From NCBI GenBank assembly GCA_003551665.1, contig PUNE01000013.1, positions 179,932-243,931 of the forward strand: a stretch of 64,000 nt of DNA, read 5' to 3'. The translations under genes and the position numbers were made by a program. Origin of the DNA: Halobacteroidaceae bacterium (GTDB lineage: Bacteria; Bacillota; Halanaerobiia; B1SED10-174). This document shows, one piece after another, positions 29,896-40,283 of the stretch. The notes beneath the pieces are model-generated. The model was given only the letters and a program-made list of their open reading frames with translations. It searched no databases and had not been told where the DNA came from. Position 1 is the stretch's first letter; each line of letters starts with the position of its first letter.

Positions 29896-30747
29896 TCAGT
29901 CCAAAGCCTTTAAAATTTCCGGAGCAATATCAGTTATTTGTTTAACTCCCCCGAAAAGGCATTTCTTCCTGCCCACAGCATAAGTAGGAACAGGATTATT
30001 AGTATGAAGGTTAGTGGAATTATCTTCAATGTTTCCATGATCACTGGTAATAATCAAGGTTAAGTTGTCGGGCCGAAAAGATATTAAACTGTCCAGAAAT
30101 TCTTCAAGGGAGCCAAGGATTTTTCGAGTAAAATCACCATCATTGCGGTGACCTGCTATATCTGTTTGAAAATATTCAAAAACAGTCAACTGGTGTTCCC
30201 GGGCAATACCCAAAAGTACCTCTGCTGCCTTAGCTGGCGTCCAGGCTGGGACTTGGTAACCACGTTCTCGAAGTTGCTGGTTGGTAAATTCCTGGTAAAC
30301 CGCCTTTTCCTGCCTTAAATAATCAAGGGTCCGAAATTTCTGGTCAGCAGCAAGGACTGTATAGGTGGTAACAGATGCCCTGCGAACATTTTCCCATGTA
30401 AATTCCTTGGTATAGGCATTGGCAAAGGTGCCTTTCAACCCTTTTTCCTGGACCTTTTTTAACAGGGAGTTCTCCCTGATTATTGAAATCAGGGTGGGCC
30501 CGGGAAATCCACTGCGGTGCCCCCCAACAAAGGGAATAGGGTTAACCCCTGTCAGAAGTGCCGTCTGTCCGGTAGCGCTCTGGGGTAAACCCGGACAACC
30601 CAGCCCTGGGTTGGTAACCATTAAAGAACCTTCTCCTTTTCCGGACAAAACTTCCTGCAGGCGGGGATAACTATCCTGCAAGACAGGATTTGTTTCCCGG
30701 TCTGAGTTCAATCCCAGCCCATCAATAAAAAACAAAAGGAAAGCCAA
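29896..30747 (-). CDS. Metalloenzyme-superfamily protein (cofactor-independent phosphoglycerate mutase / phosphopentomutase-like, alkaline phosphatase fold); probable TTG start
   Basis: FIDGLGLN N-terminus and ITSDHGNIED metal-binding motif. The ATG in the ORF track lies inside pyrE, so a TTG 2 nt after the pyrE stop with an upstream GGGAGAG is more plausible. Confidence 0.55.
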   Translation of the reverse strand: MAFLLFFIDGLGLNSDRETNPVLQDSYPRLQEVLSGKGEGSLMVTNPGLGCPGLPQSATGQTALLTGVNPIPFVGGHRSGFPGPTLISIIRENSLLKKVQEKGLKGTFANAYTKEFTWENVRRASVTTYTVLAADQKFRTLDYLRQEKAVYQEFTNQQLRERGYQVPAWTPAKAAEVLLGIAREHQLTVFEYFQTDIAGHRNDGDFTRKILGSLEEFLDSLISFRPDNLTLIITSDHGNIEDNSTNLHTNNPVPTYAVGRKKCLFGGVKQITDIAPEILKALD

Positions 30748-30748
30748 A

Positions 30749-31324
30749 TCAGTTTTTGCTCTCCCTGCTACCGGGCTTAACAAGCGGAACCCCTCTATCA
30801 CACAATGGGCACTGACCCGGAGTATATGTTTCTACTTCAACTCGAATAATAGACCGGAAAGGAACCGGAAACTCAAAATCTTTTGGGCTGCGGTCAACAA
30901 TAGAGCCGATACCAGCTATTTCCCCACCCTCTTTTTCCACAACTTCGCAAACTTCCAGGGCAGATTTTCCAGTAGTGACTACATCCTCTACTATCAGGAC
31001 CCTGCTACCGTGTTCAATGGAAAAACCCCTGCGGAGTTGCATTATTCCATCCTTGCGCTCGGTAAAAATTCCCCTGCACCCAAGGCTACGAGCAACTTCA
31101 TGGGCCAGGACAACACCACCCAGGGCAGGTCCAACAACCAGGTCAATTTTTTCCTCAGAAAACTTTTTTGCCACCTCTCCCCCCAGTTTCCCCGCCTGTT
31201 CAGGGTATTGCAAAATCTGGGCACATTGAAGATATTTGTCGCTGTGCAAACCCGATGACAACAAAAAGTGTCCTTCCTGGAGCACTCCATATCTTGCCAG
31301 GATTTCCATTATTTTTTCCATCAA
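30749..31324 (-). CDS. pyrE: Orotate phosphoribosyltransferase
   Basis: PRPP-binding VLIVEDVVTTGKS. Confidence 0.92.
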   Translation of the reverse strand: MMEKIMEILARYGVLQEGHFLLSSGLHSDKYLQCAQILQYPEQAGKLGGEVAKKFSEEKIDLVVGPALGGVVLAHEVARSLGCRGIFTERKDGIMQLRRGFSIEHGSRVLIVEDVVTTGKSALEVCEVVEKEGGEIAGIGSIVDRSPKDFEFPVPFRSIIRVEVETYTPGQCPLCDRGVPLVKPGSRESKN

Positions 31325-32251
31325 TCAATCCTCCCTTTCCTGATGGGCAAGGCCCACCATTTCTTCCACATTGGAAAAATTATGGCGCTGCATATACTGT
31401 CCGATGTATTCTTTTATTTCAACCGGGGCCTGAGGGTTTACAAAGTTTACTGTTCCGAGGGCAACTGCCCGAGCCCCGGCAAGTAAAAAAGCAACTGCAT
31501 CTTCGCCCTTCGTTATCCCCCCCATGCCAATTATGGGAATTTTTATCTGACGGAAAACCTGGTAAACCATCCGTAAGGCAACGGGTTTAACTGCAGGCCC
31601 CGAAAGGCCCCCTACAATATTTCCCAGCATCGGCTTCTGCCTTTCAATATCAATTTCCATTCCCATCAAGGTATTGATCAGGGAAACCGCATCAGCTCCG
31701 GCTTTTTCTGCCTGCACAGCAATAGCACCTACACTTGCTACATTGGGTGTTAACTTAATAATCAGGGGTTTCGCAGTTATTTTCCTGAGTCTTGAGGTAA
31801 TTTCAAAAACCAGATCCGGATTCGTACCAAAGGCGAGCCCCCCCTCTCTAACGTTGGGACAGGAAACATTAACCTCCAGGGCAGCAACCGCAGAAATAGG
31901 GTCCAGACGTCTTGCCAGCTCTTCATAATCACGGATCCTTCTTCCAGCAATATTGGCAATAACAGGGACTTCAAGTTCTTCCAGAAAGGGAACTTCTTCC
32001 CGCAAAAAATATTCAATCCCCGGATTTTGCAACCCAATGGAATTTAAAATTCCTGCAGGGGTTTCCACAATCCTGACCCCGCTATTCCCCGCTCTTGGTT
32101 CCAGGGTCAAACCTTTTGTTACCAGGGCTCCCCAGCAATTAAGGTCAATAATTGAACTGTACTCACGCCCATTCCCGTAGGTGCCTGAAGCTGTAAGTAA
32201 AGGATTATTCATTTCTAATGAACCGATTCTGGTCTTAAGTTTAGAAGCCAT
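31325..32251 (-). CDS. pyrD: Dihydroorotate dehydrogenase catalytic subunit (class 1B)
   Basis: LKTRIGSLEMNNPLLTASG...; 308 aa. Confidence 0.92.
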   Translation of the reverse strand: MASKLKTRIGSLEMNNPLLTASGTYGNGREYSSIIDLNCWGALVTKGLTLEPRAGNSGVRIVETPAGILNSIGLQNPGIEYFLREEVPFLEELEVPVIANIAGRRIRDYEELARRLDPISAVAALEVNVSCPNVREGGLAFGTNPDLVFEITSRLRKITAKPLIIKLTPNVASVGAIAVQAEKAGADAVSLINTLMGMEIDIERQKPMLGNIVGGLSGPAVKPVALRMVYQVFRQIKIPIIGMGGITKGEDAVAFLLAGARAVALGTVNFVNPQAPVEIKEYIGQYMQRHNFSNVEEMVGLAHQERED

Positions 32252-33029
32252 CTGTACTTACCTCCTGCCAGCGGAAAACAGGCCCTTCAACACAGGCCCT
32301 GACAATTTGAGGTTCCTCCCGGGGAGGCCTTTTTACCTTTACGGCGCATCCGAGGCATGTTCCCACCCCACACCCCATTCTTCGATCAATGGAAACCTGA
32401 ATGGAAAAATCTCCGCAATCATTGCATATCCGGGCAATTTCCCTGTACATTCCCTCGGGCCCACAGCAGTAAAGGGATGTTTTCCCATTTTGTTCGAGGT
32501 GGGGAGGCAATAAATCAGTAACCTGTTTTGCCTCTCCCCGCGGAGAATTCTCGTGGCTGGCAAAAAAATCGATGCCAGAAGGCAAAAGGTCTTTTAAAAA
32601 GAGGAGTTCCCCTTCCCTCATTCCCAGGAAAAACTTTACCTTGGCCTGTTTTGCTCTTAAGCGGTTTGCCAGAAAAACCAGGGGTGCAGCCCCAACCCCA
32701 CCCCCAAGTAAGAGGTTCTGTTCGGCCTCTTCGAGGACAAAGCCCTTCCCCAGCGGACCAAGAACATCAATGCTGTCCCCCGGGCGGAACCTGGTCATAA
32801 TCCGGGTTCCCCTGCCAACAATCTGGTACAGAACCGTTAAGGTTTTCTCCCGGGCATTCAATATGCTCATGGGCCGCCGCAGAAGAGGATCATAAATTGT
32901 TCCCAGGCTAATATGAATAAACTGCCCTGGCTCCGCTCGGGAGGCTATCCGGGGAGCCTTGAGTTCCAAAAAATAAATATCCGGTCCAACCTTCTCGTTT
33001 TTCTCCACCAATGCTAACTCCTGCAGCAT
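32241..33029 (-). CDS. pyrK: Dihydroorotate dehydrogenase electron-transfer subunit (FAD/[2Fe-2S])
   Basis: C-terminal Cys cluster CGVGTCLGC; FAD/NAD-binding domain. Confidence 0.9.
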   Translation of the reverse strand: MLQELALVEKNEKVGPDIYFLELKAPRIASRAEPGQFIHISLGTIYDPLLRRPMSILNAREKTLTVLYQIVGRGTRIMTRFRPGDSIDVLGPLGKGFVLEEAEQNLLLGGGVGAAPLVFLANRLRAKQAKVKFFLGMREGELLFLKDLLPSGIDFFASHENSPRGEAKQVTDLLPPHLEQNGKTSLYCCGPEGMYREIARICNDCGDFSIQVSIDRRMGCGVGTCLGCAVKVKRPPREEPQIVRACVEGPVFRWQEVSTDGF

Positions 33030-33041
33030 ATCTGGCCTCCT

Positions 33042-33998
33042 TTAATCCCAGGCCAGCCGCCCGGCTTTTTTTAAAGCATCATTAATGTCTGTCCTCATCT
33101 GTTCAACGGCCTGCCGTGCGGCCCACTGGTGCTGATCAGGATATTTTTCTTTTTCATATGCAAAAATGATTGAACGGGAGGCATTAACCAGTGCTCCCAG
33201 GCCATCCTCGTTGAAAAATGAAACAACATCCTCCGGTCCGGCACCCTGGGCCCCATAACCCGGGACCAGCAAATATGATTTGGGCATCAATTTACGAAGT
33301 TTCTCTGCGGCTCCCGGGAAGGTTGCTCCCGTTACGGCCCCCAGCTGGCTGTAAGGAATTGCCTCTGCAACCAGGTCCCCTCCCCATTCATTTACCTTTT
33401 CTGCAACGTGTTCATAAAAAAGCTTTCCATTTTTCAACTGGAGATCCTGAAAATCTTTGCTGCCCTGGTTTGAGGTTTTTACCAGGACAAAGGCTCCTCG
33501 CCTGTTTTCCTTCATTATCTTGAGAAAAGGTTCAATGCTGTCCCCACCCAGATAGGGGTTTAGGGTAACTGCATCTGCGTTAAAAAGTTTTTTCTTAACT
33601 CCATACCAGAAATTCACCTCTCCCAGGTAACCTCGGGCATAGGCAGAAGCAGTGCTGCCAATGTCACCCCTCTTTATATCCAGTATTGTGAGGAGTTTTT
33701 TGTGATGAGCAAAGGAAATTGTTTCCTCCAGTGCTTTCAATCCCCAGTGGCCATATTCTTCAAACCAGGCAATCTGTAACTTAACCACAGCAACTGAGTC
33801 TTTTACTGCCTCTAAAATTTCCCGGTTGAAGTTAAGGATGGCTTCCCCAATTGCCCTCCGATTTGGTCCATACTCGTTAATTGCCATTTCCTTGATATGA
33901 CCGGGAATTCTTTCAAAATCAGGATCAAGACCTACACAGACGTGGGATTTTTTCTTTTTAATTCCTTCCACAAGATCTACAATAAAATCTTTGGGCAC
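33042..33998 (-). CDS. pyrF: Orotidine-5'-phosphate decarboxylase (long/type 2)
   Basis: 318 aa; VCVGLDPD and DIKRGDIGST motifs. Confidence 0.88.
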   Translation of the reverse strand: MPKDFIVDLVEGIKKKKSHVCVGLDPDFERIPGHIKEMAINEYGPNRRAIGEAILNFNREILEAVKDSVAVVKLQIAWFEEYGHWGLKALEETISFAHHKKLLTILDIKRGDIGSTASAYARGYLGEVNFWYGVKKKLFNADAVTLNPYLGGDSIEPFLKIMKENRRGAFVLVKTSNQGSKDFQDLQLKNGKLFYEHVAEKVNEWGGDLVAEAIPYSQLGAVTGATFPGAAEKLRKLMPKSYLLVPGYGAQGAGPEDVVSFFNEDGLGALVNASRSIIFAYEKEKYPDQHQWAARQAVEQMRTDINDALKKAGRLAWD

Positions 33999-34000
33999 TT

Positions 34001-35269
34001 TTAATTCCTCCCTGCCGGGATCAAAACCCGGCCATTTTCCATTATTTTTTCGCCGTTTTTAAAAACCAGGGCAGGCTTTCCGCGCAGAGCTTTTCCGGTA
34101 AAGGGAGAGTTTTTCCCGCGCGAATAAAAATCCTCTGCTCTCACTCGCCACTCCTTTTCCGGATCAATTACTGTAAGGTCAGCCCTTCCACCTTGCCTGA
34201 TATCAATTGGAGACAGGTTAAGTATCCTGCGGGGGTTTGTTGCAAACAACTTTCCCAGCAACAGGGGGGACAGGCCTTCACCGTGAAATAACTCCTTCCA
34301 GACAGTACCCACGGCTGTTTCCAAACCCACCACTCCCCTGGGTGCCTGGTTGTAAGATTTTTCTTTTTCCCCGGGTGAATGGGGCGCATGATCAGTAGCG
34401 ATACAATCAATAAGCCCTTTCTTCAACCCTTCCCGAAGTACAGCAGCATCTTCCGGGGTCCTCAGGGGAGGGCTCATCCGGGCATTAGTTCCCATTTTTT
34501 TTATCACTCCCTGGTCGAGGAAAAGGTGGTGAGGCGTAACCTCACAGGTTAAATTCAGGCCTTGCTTTTTCCCTTCTACTACCAGCTCAAGGGATTTCCC
34601 ACAGCTAATATGAGCTATGTGCAACCTACCTCCGGTTTGGGTAAGACAGTCTATGTCACGATAAACCATCTGAATTTCGGAAAGGGGATTTTCCGGTTCA
34701 TATTTTTTATCCTCGCAGTGTTCAATATAGAGAAATCCCTTTTCTTTACTGTACTGAAGCAGGTCTTTTAAAAACCCCGAGTCCTGAATTGGCTGTCCGT
34801 CATCGCTGATTGCAATCGCTCCCGCAGAAAGAAGGCCGGAAATATCAGCAAATTCTTTCCCCTGCAGATTTCGGGTTGCTGCAGCTATCTGGTGGTATTC
34901 CGGCCCTCCATATTCCTTTCCCTTATTCAGCAGAGTTTCCACTAAAGACGGCCCATCAACGACAGGAGAGGTGTTTGCCATTGCAGCAACACCCGTAAAT
35001 CCCCCCGCTGCTGCAGCCTGCAGTCCACTTTTAATATCCTCTTTGTGAGTTTGCCCGGGTTCTCTAAAATGAACATGCATATCAAAAAATCCTGGGAAAA
35101 CCTGCAACCCTGAACAATCGATTATCTCTAATTCCCCCTGAGGAGGGTCAATTTCTCTCCCCAGGCCCACAATTTCGGTTCCGGAAATAAGCAAGTCTCC
35201 CGTTACAATTTTTTCCTTTTCCAGACAAATCAACTCTGCACCCTTGAGCAAAAAATCCAAATTAATCAC
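34001..35269 (-). CDS. pyrC: Dihydroorotase
   Basis: DMHVHFREPG metal-binding motif; 422 aa. Confidence 0.92.
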   Translation of the reverse strand: MINLDFLLKGAELICLEKEKIVTGDLLISGTEIVGLGREIDPPQGELEIIDCSGLQVFPGFFDMHVHFREPGQTHKEDIKSGLQAAAAGGFTGVAAMANTSPVVDGPSLVETLLNKGKEYGGPEYHQIAAATRNLQGKEFADISGLLSAGAIAISDDGQPIQDSGFLKDLLQYSKEKGFLYIEHCEDKKYEPENPLSEIQMVYRDIDCLTQTGGRLHIAHISCGKSLELVVEGKKQGLNLTCEVTPHHLFLDQGVIKKMGTNARMSPPLRTPEDAAVLREGLKKGLIDCIATDHAPHSPGEKEKSYNQAPRGVVGLETAVGTVWKELFHGEGLSPLLLGKLFATNPRRILNLSPIDIRQGGRADLTVIDPEKEWRVRAEDFYSRGKNSPFTGKALRGKPALVFKNGEKIMENGRVLIPAGRN

Positions 35270-36549
35270 TCCTCTATCCTTCCAGCAGGAAAAGCCGTAA
35301 CAAATCCAATTTCTCTCCTGGGAAGAACCAGGTTTAAAAAAATTCCAACCATTGCCGCCAGTCCCATCTGTTCAAAAACCAGGCCTCCCACTTCCAGAGA
35401 AATCCCACTTAACCCAACTACAAGTGTCAGGGAGACGATTACCAGGTTTCGGGGATTGGAAAAGTCAACTTCATTTTCTGTCAGGGTCCTAAGCCCAACA
35501 CCAGCAATCATCCCAAAGAGGAGGAAAGTAATCCCACCCATTACTGCTGGAGGAATACTCTGGATCAGGGCTCCAAACTTACCAATAAAACTTACTGACA
35601 GGACAAAAATTGCTGCCATTGAAACAATTAATGCGTTTTTCACCCCTGTTAGAGCCAGGACTCCCACATTTTCACTGTAAGTTGTATTGGGAGGGCCACC
35701 AAAGAGTCCGGCGATCATTGTAGCTATGCCATCCCCAAATAAAGTTCTGTGCAGTCCAGGGTTGGAAACAAAGTCCTTTCCGGAAGTCCTGCTCAGGGCA
35801 ACCACATCTCCCAGGTGTTCAACAATTGTCACCAGGGCAATGGGAGTAATTATAGTTATTGCTGCCAGCGAACCCTGTAAGGATGGAGCTGTAAAAGAGG
35901 GCCATGCCAGCCAGGCAGCTTCATTAATCGGGGAAAGGTCAACAATTCCCAAAAACAGTGCAAAAACATACCCTCCAATTATCCCAATTAAAATGGGGAT
36001 CAGTCGGAGAAATCCCCGTAAAAAAATACTTGCAACTACGGTTAAAATCAGGGTTATAATTGCAGTCTGGGGGTGTTCCATAAACATATCCCTGGCAACG
36101 GGAGCCAGCGCCAGCCCAATAATAATTATTACCGGGCCAACCACAACGGGGGGAAGAATTCTTTTAAAGAATTCCGGCCCAACACGTTTTAGGATTAAAG
36201 CTACCAGTACATAAATTAACCCAGCAAACATAACTCCTACCATTGCCGGGCCAATCCCCAATCCCAGGTTTTCCTGAAAGACAACTACCTGCAGGGGAAT
36301 GATAAAGCTGAATGAAGACCCCAGGTATGCAGGCACCCGTCCCCGGGTGATGAAGTAAAAGGCCAGTGTCCCTAATGCAGAAGTAAATAATGCCACTGCT
36401 GGATCAAGGCCCGTTAAACGGGGAACGAGGATGGTAGCCCCAAACATTGCAAAAAGGTGCTGCAGGGCCAGCATTGCAGCCCTTGCCTTCCCAAAGTCTT
36501 CAACTTCCTGCCAGTTCTCCCTAAACAACCCGGTTTCCTTTCCTGCCAT
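35266..36549 (-). CDS. pyrP: Uracil permease (NCS2 family)
   Basis: 427 aa polytopic NCS2/UraA-like. Confidence 0.88.
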   Translation of the reverse strand: MAGKETGLFRENWQEVEDFGKARAAMLALQHLFAMFGATILVPRLTGLDPAVALFTSALGTLAFYFITRGRVPAYLGSSFSFIIPLQVVVFQENLGLGIGPAMVGVMFAGLIYVLVALILKRVGPEFFKRILPPVVVGPVIIIIGLALAPVARDMFMEHPQTAIITLILTVVASIFLRGFLRLIPILIGIIGGYVFALFLGIVDLSPINEAAWLAWPSFTAPSLQGSLAAITIITPIALVTIVEHLGDVVALSRTSGKDFVSNPGLHRTLFGDGIATMIAGLFGGPPNTTYSENVGVLALTGVKNALIVSMAAIFVLSVSFIGKFGALIQSIPPAVMGGITFLLFGMIAGVGLRTLTENEVDFSNPRNLVIVSLTLVVGLSGISLEVGGLVFEQMGLAAMVGIFLNLVLPRREIGFVTAFPAGRIEE

Positions 36550-36564
36550 TAAACCGCCTCCTAA

Positions 36565-36655
36565 TTAATATTCCCAGTCGGTGCAGGTAAGCTGGCAGGG
36601 GAAACCACCTTTGCATTCTTCCCTTGCCGGCCTCTCTGGACCGAATTAAAGGGCG
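36565..36655 (-). promoter_or_regulatory. PyrR-binding anti-antiterminator/attenuator RNA in the pyrR-pyrP intercistronic leader
   Basis: The minus-strand RNA contains UUUAAUUCGGUCCAGAGAGGCCGGCAAGGGAAG. This matches the conserved PyrR-binding loop (UCCAGAGAGGCU...AAGG), and a hairpin follows. Confidence 0.8.
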
Positions 36656-36660
36656 CTATG

Positions 36661-37300
<640 letters not shown>

Positions 37301-37314
37301 ATATGCTTCTCTAA

Positions 37315-37343
37315 ATCTTATCAATAGATATAAAATTTGTCAA
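37315..37343 (-). promoter_or_regulatory. Sigma-A promoter of the pyr operon (TTGACA-N17-TAAGAT)
   Basis: Plus tgtcaa 37338..37343 and atctta 37315..37320; the minus strand reads TTGACAAATTTTATATCTATTGATAAGAT. Confidence 0.7.
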
Positions 37344-37347
37344 GAAA

Positions 37348-38514
37348 TTATTCAAATACTTCAGCCAGCCTTTCCATTGCCTCTTTCAAAGTAGCACGTG
37401 GACAGCCCACATTGATGCGCAAAAACCCTTTTCCTTCTTCTCCAAAGGAGTACCCTGGATTCAGGCCAACTTTTGCCTTTTGGATTGCCTTTTCCAGCAG
37501 TTCCTCGTCTGATAACCCATATTTTCTAAAGTCAAGCCAGACAACAAAGGTTCCCTCGGGGTATTTAAAAGAAACCCCGGGCATCCTTTCTCGGATAAAC
37601 CCCTCTAAAAATTGAACATTGCCTTCCAGATATTCCAGAAGGTTATCCAGCCAATTTTCACAGTTTTCATAAACTGCAATAAAGGCAGTTTGTCCCATCA
37701 GGTTAACATTGTCGAGAAAAAACCTGCTCACATAATCCTTAAACTTTTCTCTAATATGCTCATCTGGAATAACCGAAACAGAAGTTTTTAATCCGGCTAA
37801 ATTAAATGTTTTGCTGGGAGCCATGCATGTAATTATTTCTCTGCTTATATCTTCCCCTGCTTTGTCAAGTGGGAAATGTTTATGCCCGGAAAAAATAAGG
37901 TCTGACCAGATTTCATCAGAAATAATCAAAATATCGTTTTTCGAACAAATCCTGACCAGTTCTCTGAGTTCTTCTTTTTTCCATACCCTCCCAACAGGGT
38001 TATGAGGATTGCAAAAAACCAGCATCCTGGTCTTTTTATCAATATTTTTTTCCAGGTGTTCAAAATCCATCCGGTATCCTTCTGCTGTTTCCACCAGGGG
38101 ATTGAGAACAAGTTCTCGATTATTATTTTTTACTACTGAGAAAAATGGAGGATAGACCGGAGGCTGGATTATTATCCTGTCTCCTTCTCCTGTCAGGGCA
38201 TTTATTGCCAGAGCAATTGCGGGAACAACCCCTGGATTGGGAATAATCCAGTCATTTTCAATATTCCAATCATGCCTTTTTTTCACCCAGCCAGAAAAGG
38301 CCTGGAAAAATGATTCCGGAAGTCCAGAATAACCAAATATGGGATGATCTGTCCGTTTTTTCATCTCTTCCTGAACCCGAGGAGGAACTGCAAAATCCAT
38401 ATCTGCTACCCAGAGAGGTAAAACATCTTGTTCGCCCAGATAGTTCTTGGTATAATCCCACTTAATACAGTTTGTACCCCTGCGCTCAAGAATTTTATCA
38501 AAACAATACTCCAT
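37348..38514 (-). CDS. patB: PLP-dependent C-S lyase / aminotransferase class I-II (MalY/PatB cystathionine beta-lyase family)
   Basis: ILERRGTNCIKWD N-terminus, aminotransferase I/II fold; start trimmed to MEYCFDK. Confidence 0.85.
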   Translation of the reverse strand: MEYCFDKILERRGTNCIKWDYTKNYLGEQDVLPLWVADMDFAVPPRVQEEMKKRTDHPIFGYSGLPESFFQAFSGWVKKRHDWNIENDWIIPNPGVVPAIALAINALTGEGDRIIIQPPVYPPFFSVVKNNNRELVLNPLVETAEGYRMDFEHLEKNIDKKTRMLVFCNPHNPVGRVWKKEELRELVRICSKNDILIISDEIWSDLIFSGHKHFPLDKAGEDISREIITCMAPSKTFNLAGLKTSVSVIPDEHIREKFKDYVSRFFLDNVNLMGQTAFIAVYENCENWLDNLLEYLEGNVQFLEGFIRERMPGVSFKYPEGTFVVWLDFRKYGLSDEELLEKAIQKAKVGLNPGYSFGEEGKGFLRINVGCPRATLKEAMERLAEVFE

Positions 38515-38515
38515 C

Positions 38516-39457
38516 TTAGTGGTTAGCCTCCTTTTCAAGGTACTCCTCCAGCCCAAAATCACGGTTGATTTCCAAAAAATCATACCATGGTGGGGCTGTG
38601 AAAAGCATTTCTTTTTGGAAAAAGGGATGAAAAATCTTCAACTGAAAACTATGTAACATCTGTCGAGGTGCGGTCCTGGCAACATTTTTTCCTGCATAAA
38701 TCTTATCTCCAAGAATAGGGTGGCCAATAAAAGCAAGGTGGACCCTTAATTGGTGAGTTCGGCCTGTCCGGGGCTGAAGTTTTACAAGGGAATGGTTTTC
38801 TTTCTGTCCCAGGACCCTGAAAAAGGTCTGGGCTTCTCTCCCGCCAGGGACCCCACATGCCATTTTCTTCCTCTGCTGGGGGTGTCGCCCTATGGGAACA
38901 TCAATCCAGCCTTCCTGACGGGAAAAAACCCCGTGGACAATCGCCAGATATGTTTTTTCAACTTCCCTGGCCTTAAACGATTTTAAAAGCCTGGAATGAG
39001 TCTCCCCGGTCTTGGAAACAACCATTACTCCCGAGGTATCACGATCCAGACGATGGACTATCCCGGGACGCAAACGCCCACCAATCCCCTGCAGGTCCCG
39101 ACAGTGATAAAGAAGAGCATTGACCAGAGTCCCATCAGGGTGTCCAACTGCGGGGTGAATCACAAGCCCGGGTTGCTTGTTTACCATCAGGAGCCAGGAA
39201 TCCTCATATAAAATATTAAGGGGAATATTTTGAGGAACAAGTTCAATAGGCTCCGGAGGGGGGATTTCAATCTTTATTTCCTGCCCTTCCTGGACCCTGT
39301 AACTGGCCTTGATCTTCTTCCCTTCCACATAAACCCGGCCCTCTTTAATCAGTTTCTGAACAAAACTTCTGGAAAGATCTTCCTGGTAACGGGCCAGATA
39401 TTTGTCTATTCGCTCCCCTTCCTCGCTGGCTGTTATTAATCTCATTTCACCGGGCAT
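38516..39457 (-). CDS. rluD: 23S rRNA pseudouridine synthase, RluA family (RluD-like) with S4 domain
   Basis: HRLDRDTSGVMVV catalytic motif; N-terminal S4 domain. Confidence 0.9.
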   Translation of the reverse strand: MPGEMRLITASEEGERIDKYLARYQEDLSRSFVQKLIKEGRVYVEGKKIKASYRVQEGQEIKIEIPPPEPIELVPQNIPLNILYEDSWLLMVNKQPGLVIHPAVGHPDGTLVNALLYHCRDLQGIGGRLRPGIVHRLDRDTSGVMVVSKTGETHSRLLKSFKAREVEKTYLAIVHGVFSRQEGWIDVPIGRHPQQRKKMACGVPGGREAQTFFRVLGQKENHSLVKLQPRTGRTHQLRVHLAFIGHPILGDKIYAGKNVARTAPRQMLHSFQLKIFHPFFQKEMLFTAPPWYDFLEINRDFGLEEYLEKEANH

Positions 39458-39896
39458 TTCGTTCTGCTCTCCAATCTAAAAAAACCTGGAAAAAAAACAA
39501 AAAAATGGCTCCCGTTATAGCAGCATCAGCAACATTAAACACGGGCCAGATTTGAAAATCAAGAAAATCAATAACATAACCCCTGAAAATCCTATCAAAA
39601 AAATTGCCTGCCGCACCTCCGACAAGCAATCCCAGAGCAGCTTTATGCCACCACTTTTCCCGGGGGAAAAGATGCCGGAACCTAAAGATCAGGAAAAACA
39701 AAACCAGGGTCACCAGGACCAGAATTTCCGTTCTCCCCTGAAAAATACCAAAAGCCCCACCAGTATTGTGCAAAAGGGTCAGGTGAAAAATATTCACAAT
39801 AATCGGGTGGGAAACAAAAAGTTCCAAGCTATTCTCAACAAGGAACTTGCTCCCCTGATCCAGGGCAAAAATAATTAGGGCCCAGAGCAAAACCAA
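39447..39896 (-). CDS. lspA: Lipoprotein signal peptidase (signal peptidase II)
   Basis: 149 aa; NTGGAFG and FNVADAAI motifs. Confidence 0.9.
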   Translation of the reverse strand: MVLLWALIIFALDQGSKFLVENSLELFVSHPIIVNIFHLTLLHNTGGAFGIFQGRTEILVLVTLVLFFLIFRFRHLFPREKWWHKAALGLLVGGAAGNFFDRIFRGYVIDFLDFQIWPVFNVADAAITGAIFLFFFQVFLDWRAERNAR

Positions 39897-39925
39897 AACA
39901 ATCCCTCCCCGAAAAAAACCCGGTA

Positions 39926-40249
39926 TTAAAGAAATTCCTGGACAATCCTGATCATCCTGGCAATAAATTCCCCAATTACAGGCAGGTTAAGCTCTCCCAG
40001 GCGGAACAAGACCATCAGGAATATCGCACCAAGGATAGTGGCACCTACAGCAAAACCGAGTCCCCTGGCCAGACCAAGAATAAAGTTAGTGAATAAAAGC
40101 TTTCTTGGAGATTTTAACAGATCAAAATAATCTTCGATCCCGATTTCTTCAATCCGCTCAGTAATATCCTCCATCCGGCCATTAATTTTTCCCAACATAT
40201 TGACTACTTCTTTTTCATTTGCCTCTTTCTCTTTTTCCTCTGCCATCAA
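39926..40249 (-). CDS. Small membrane protein: acidic N-terminal coiled region plus 1-2 C-terminal TM segments (DUF5665-like, uncertain)
   Basis: 107 aa: EEKEKEANEKE N-terminus, then ILGLARGLGFAVGATILGAIFLMVLF and PVIGEFIARMI. Confidence 0.5.
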   Translation of the reverse strand: MMAEEKEKEANEKEVVNMLGKINGRMEDITERIEEIGIEDYFDLLKSPRKLLFTNFILGLARGLGFAVGATILGAIFLMVLFRLGELNLPVIGEFIARMIRIVQEFL

Positions 40250-40283
40250 TCCATCCCTTCCCTCTTATACCAAAAAACTATTT

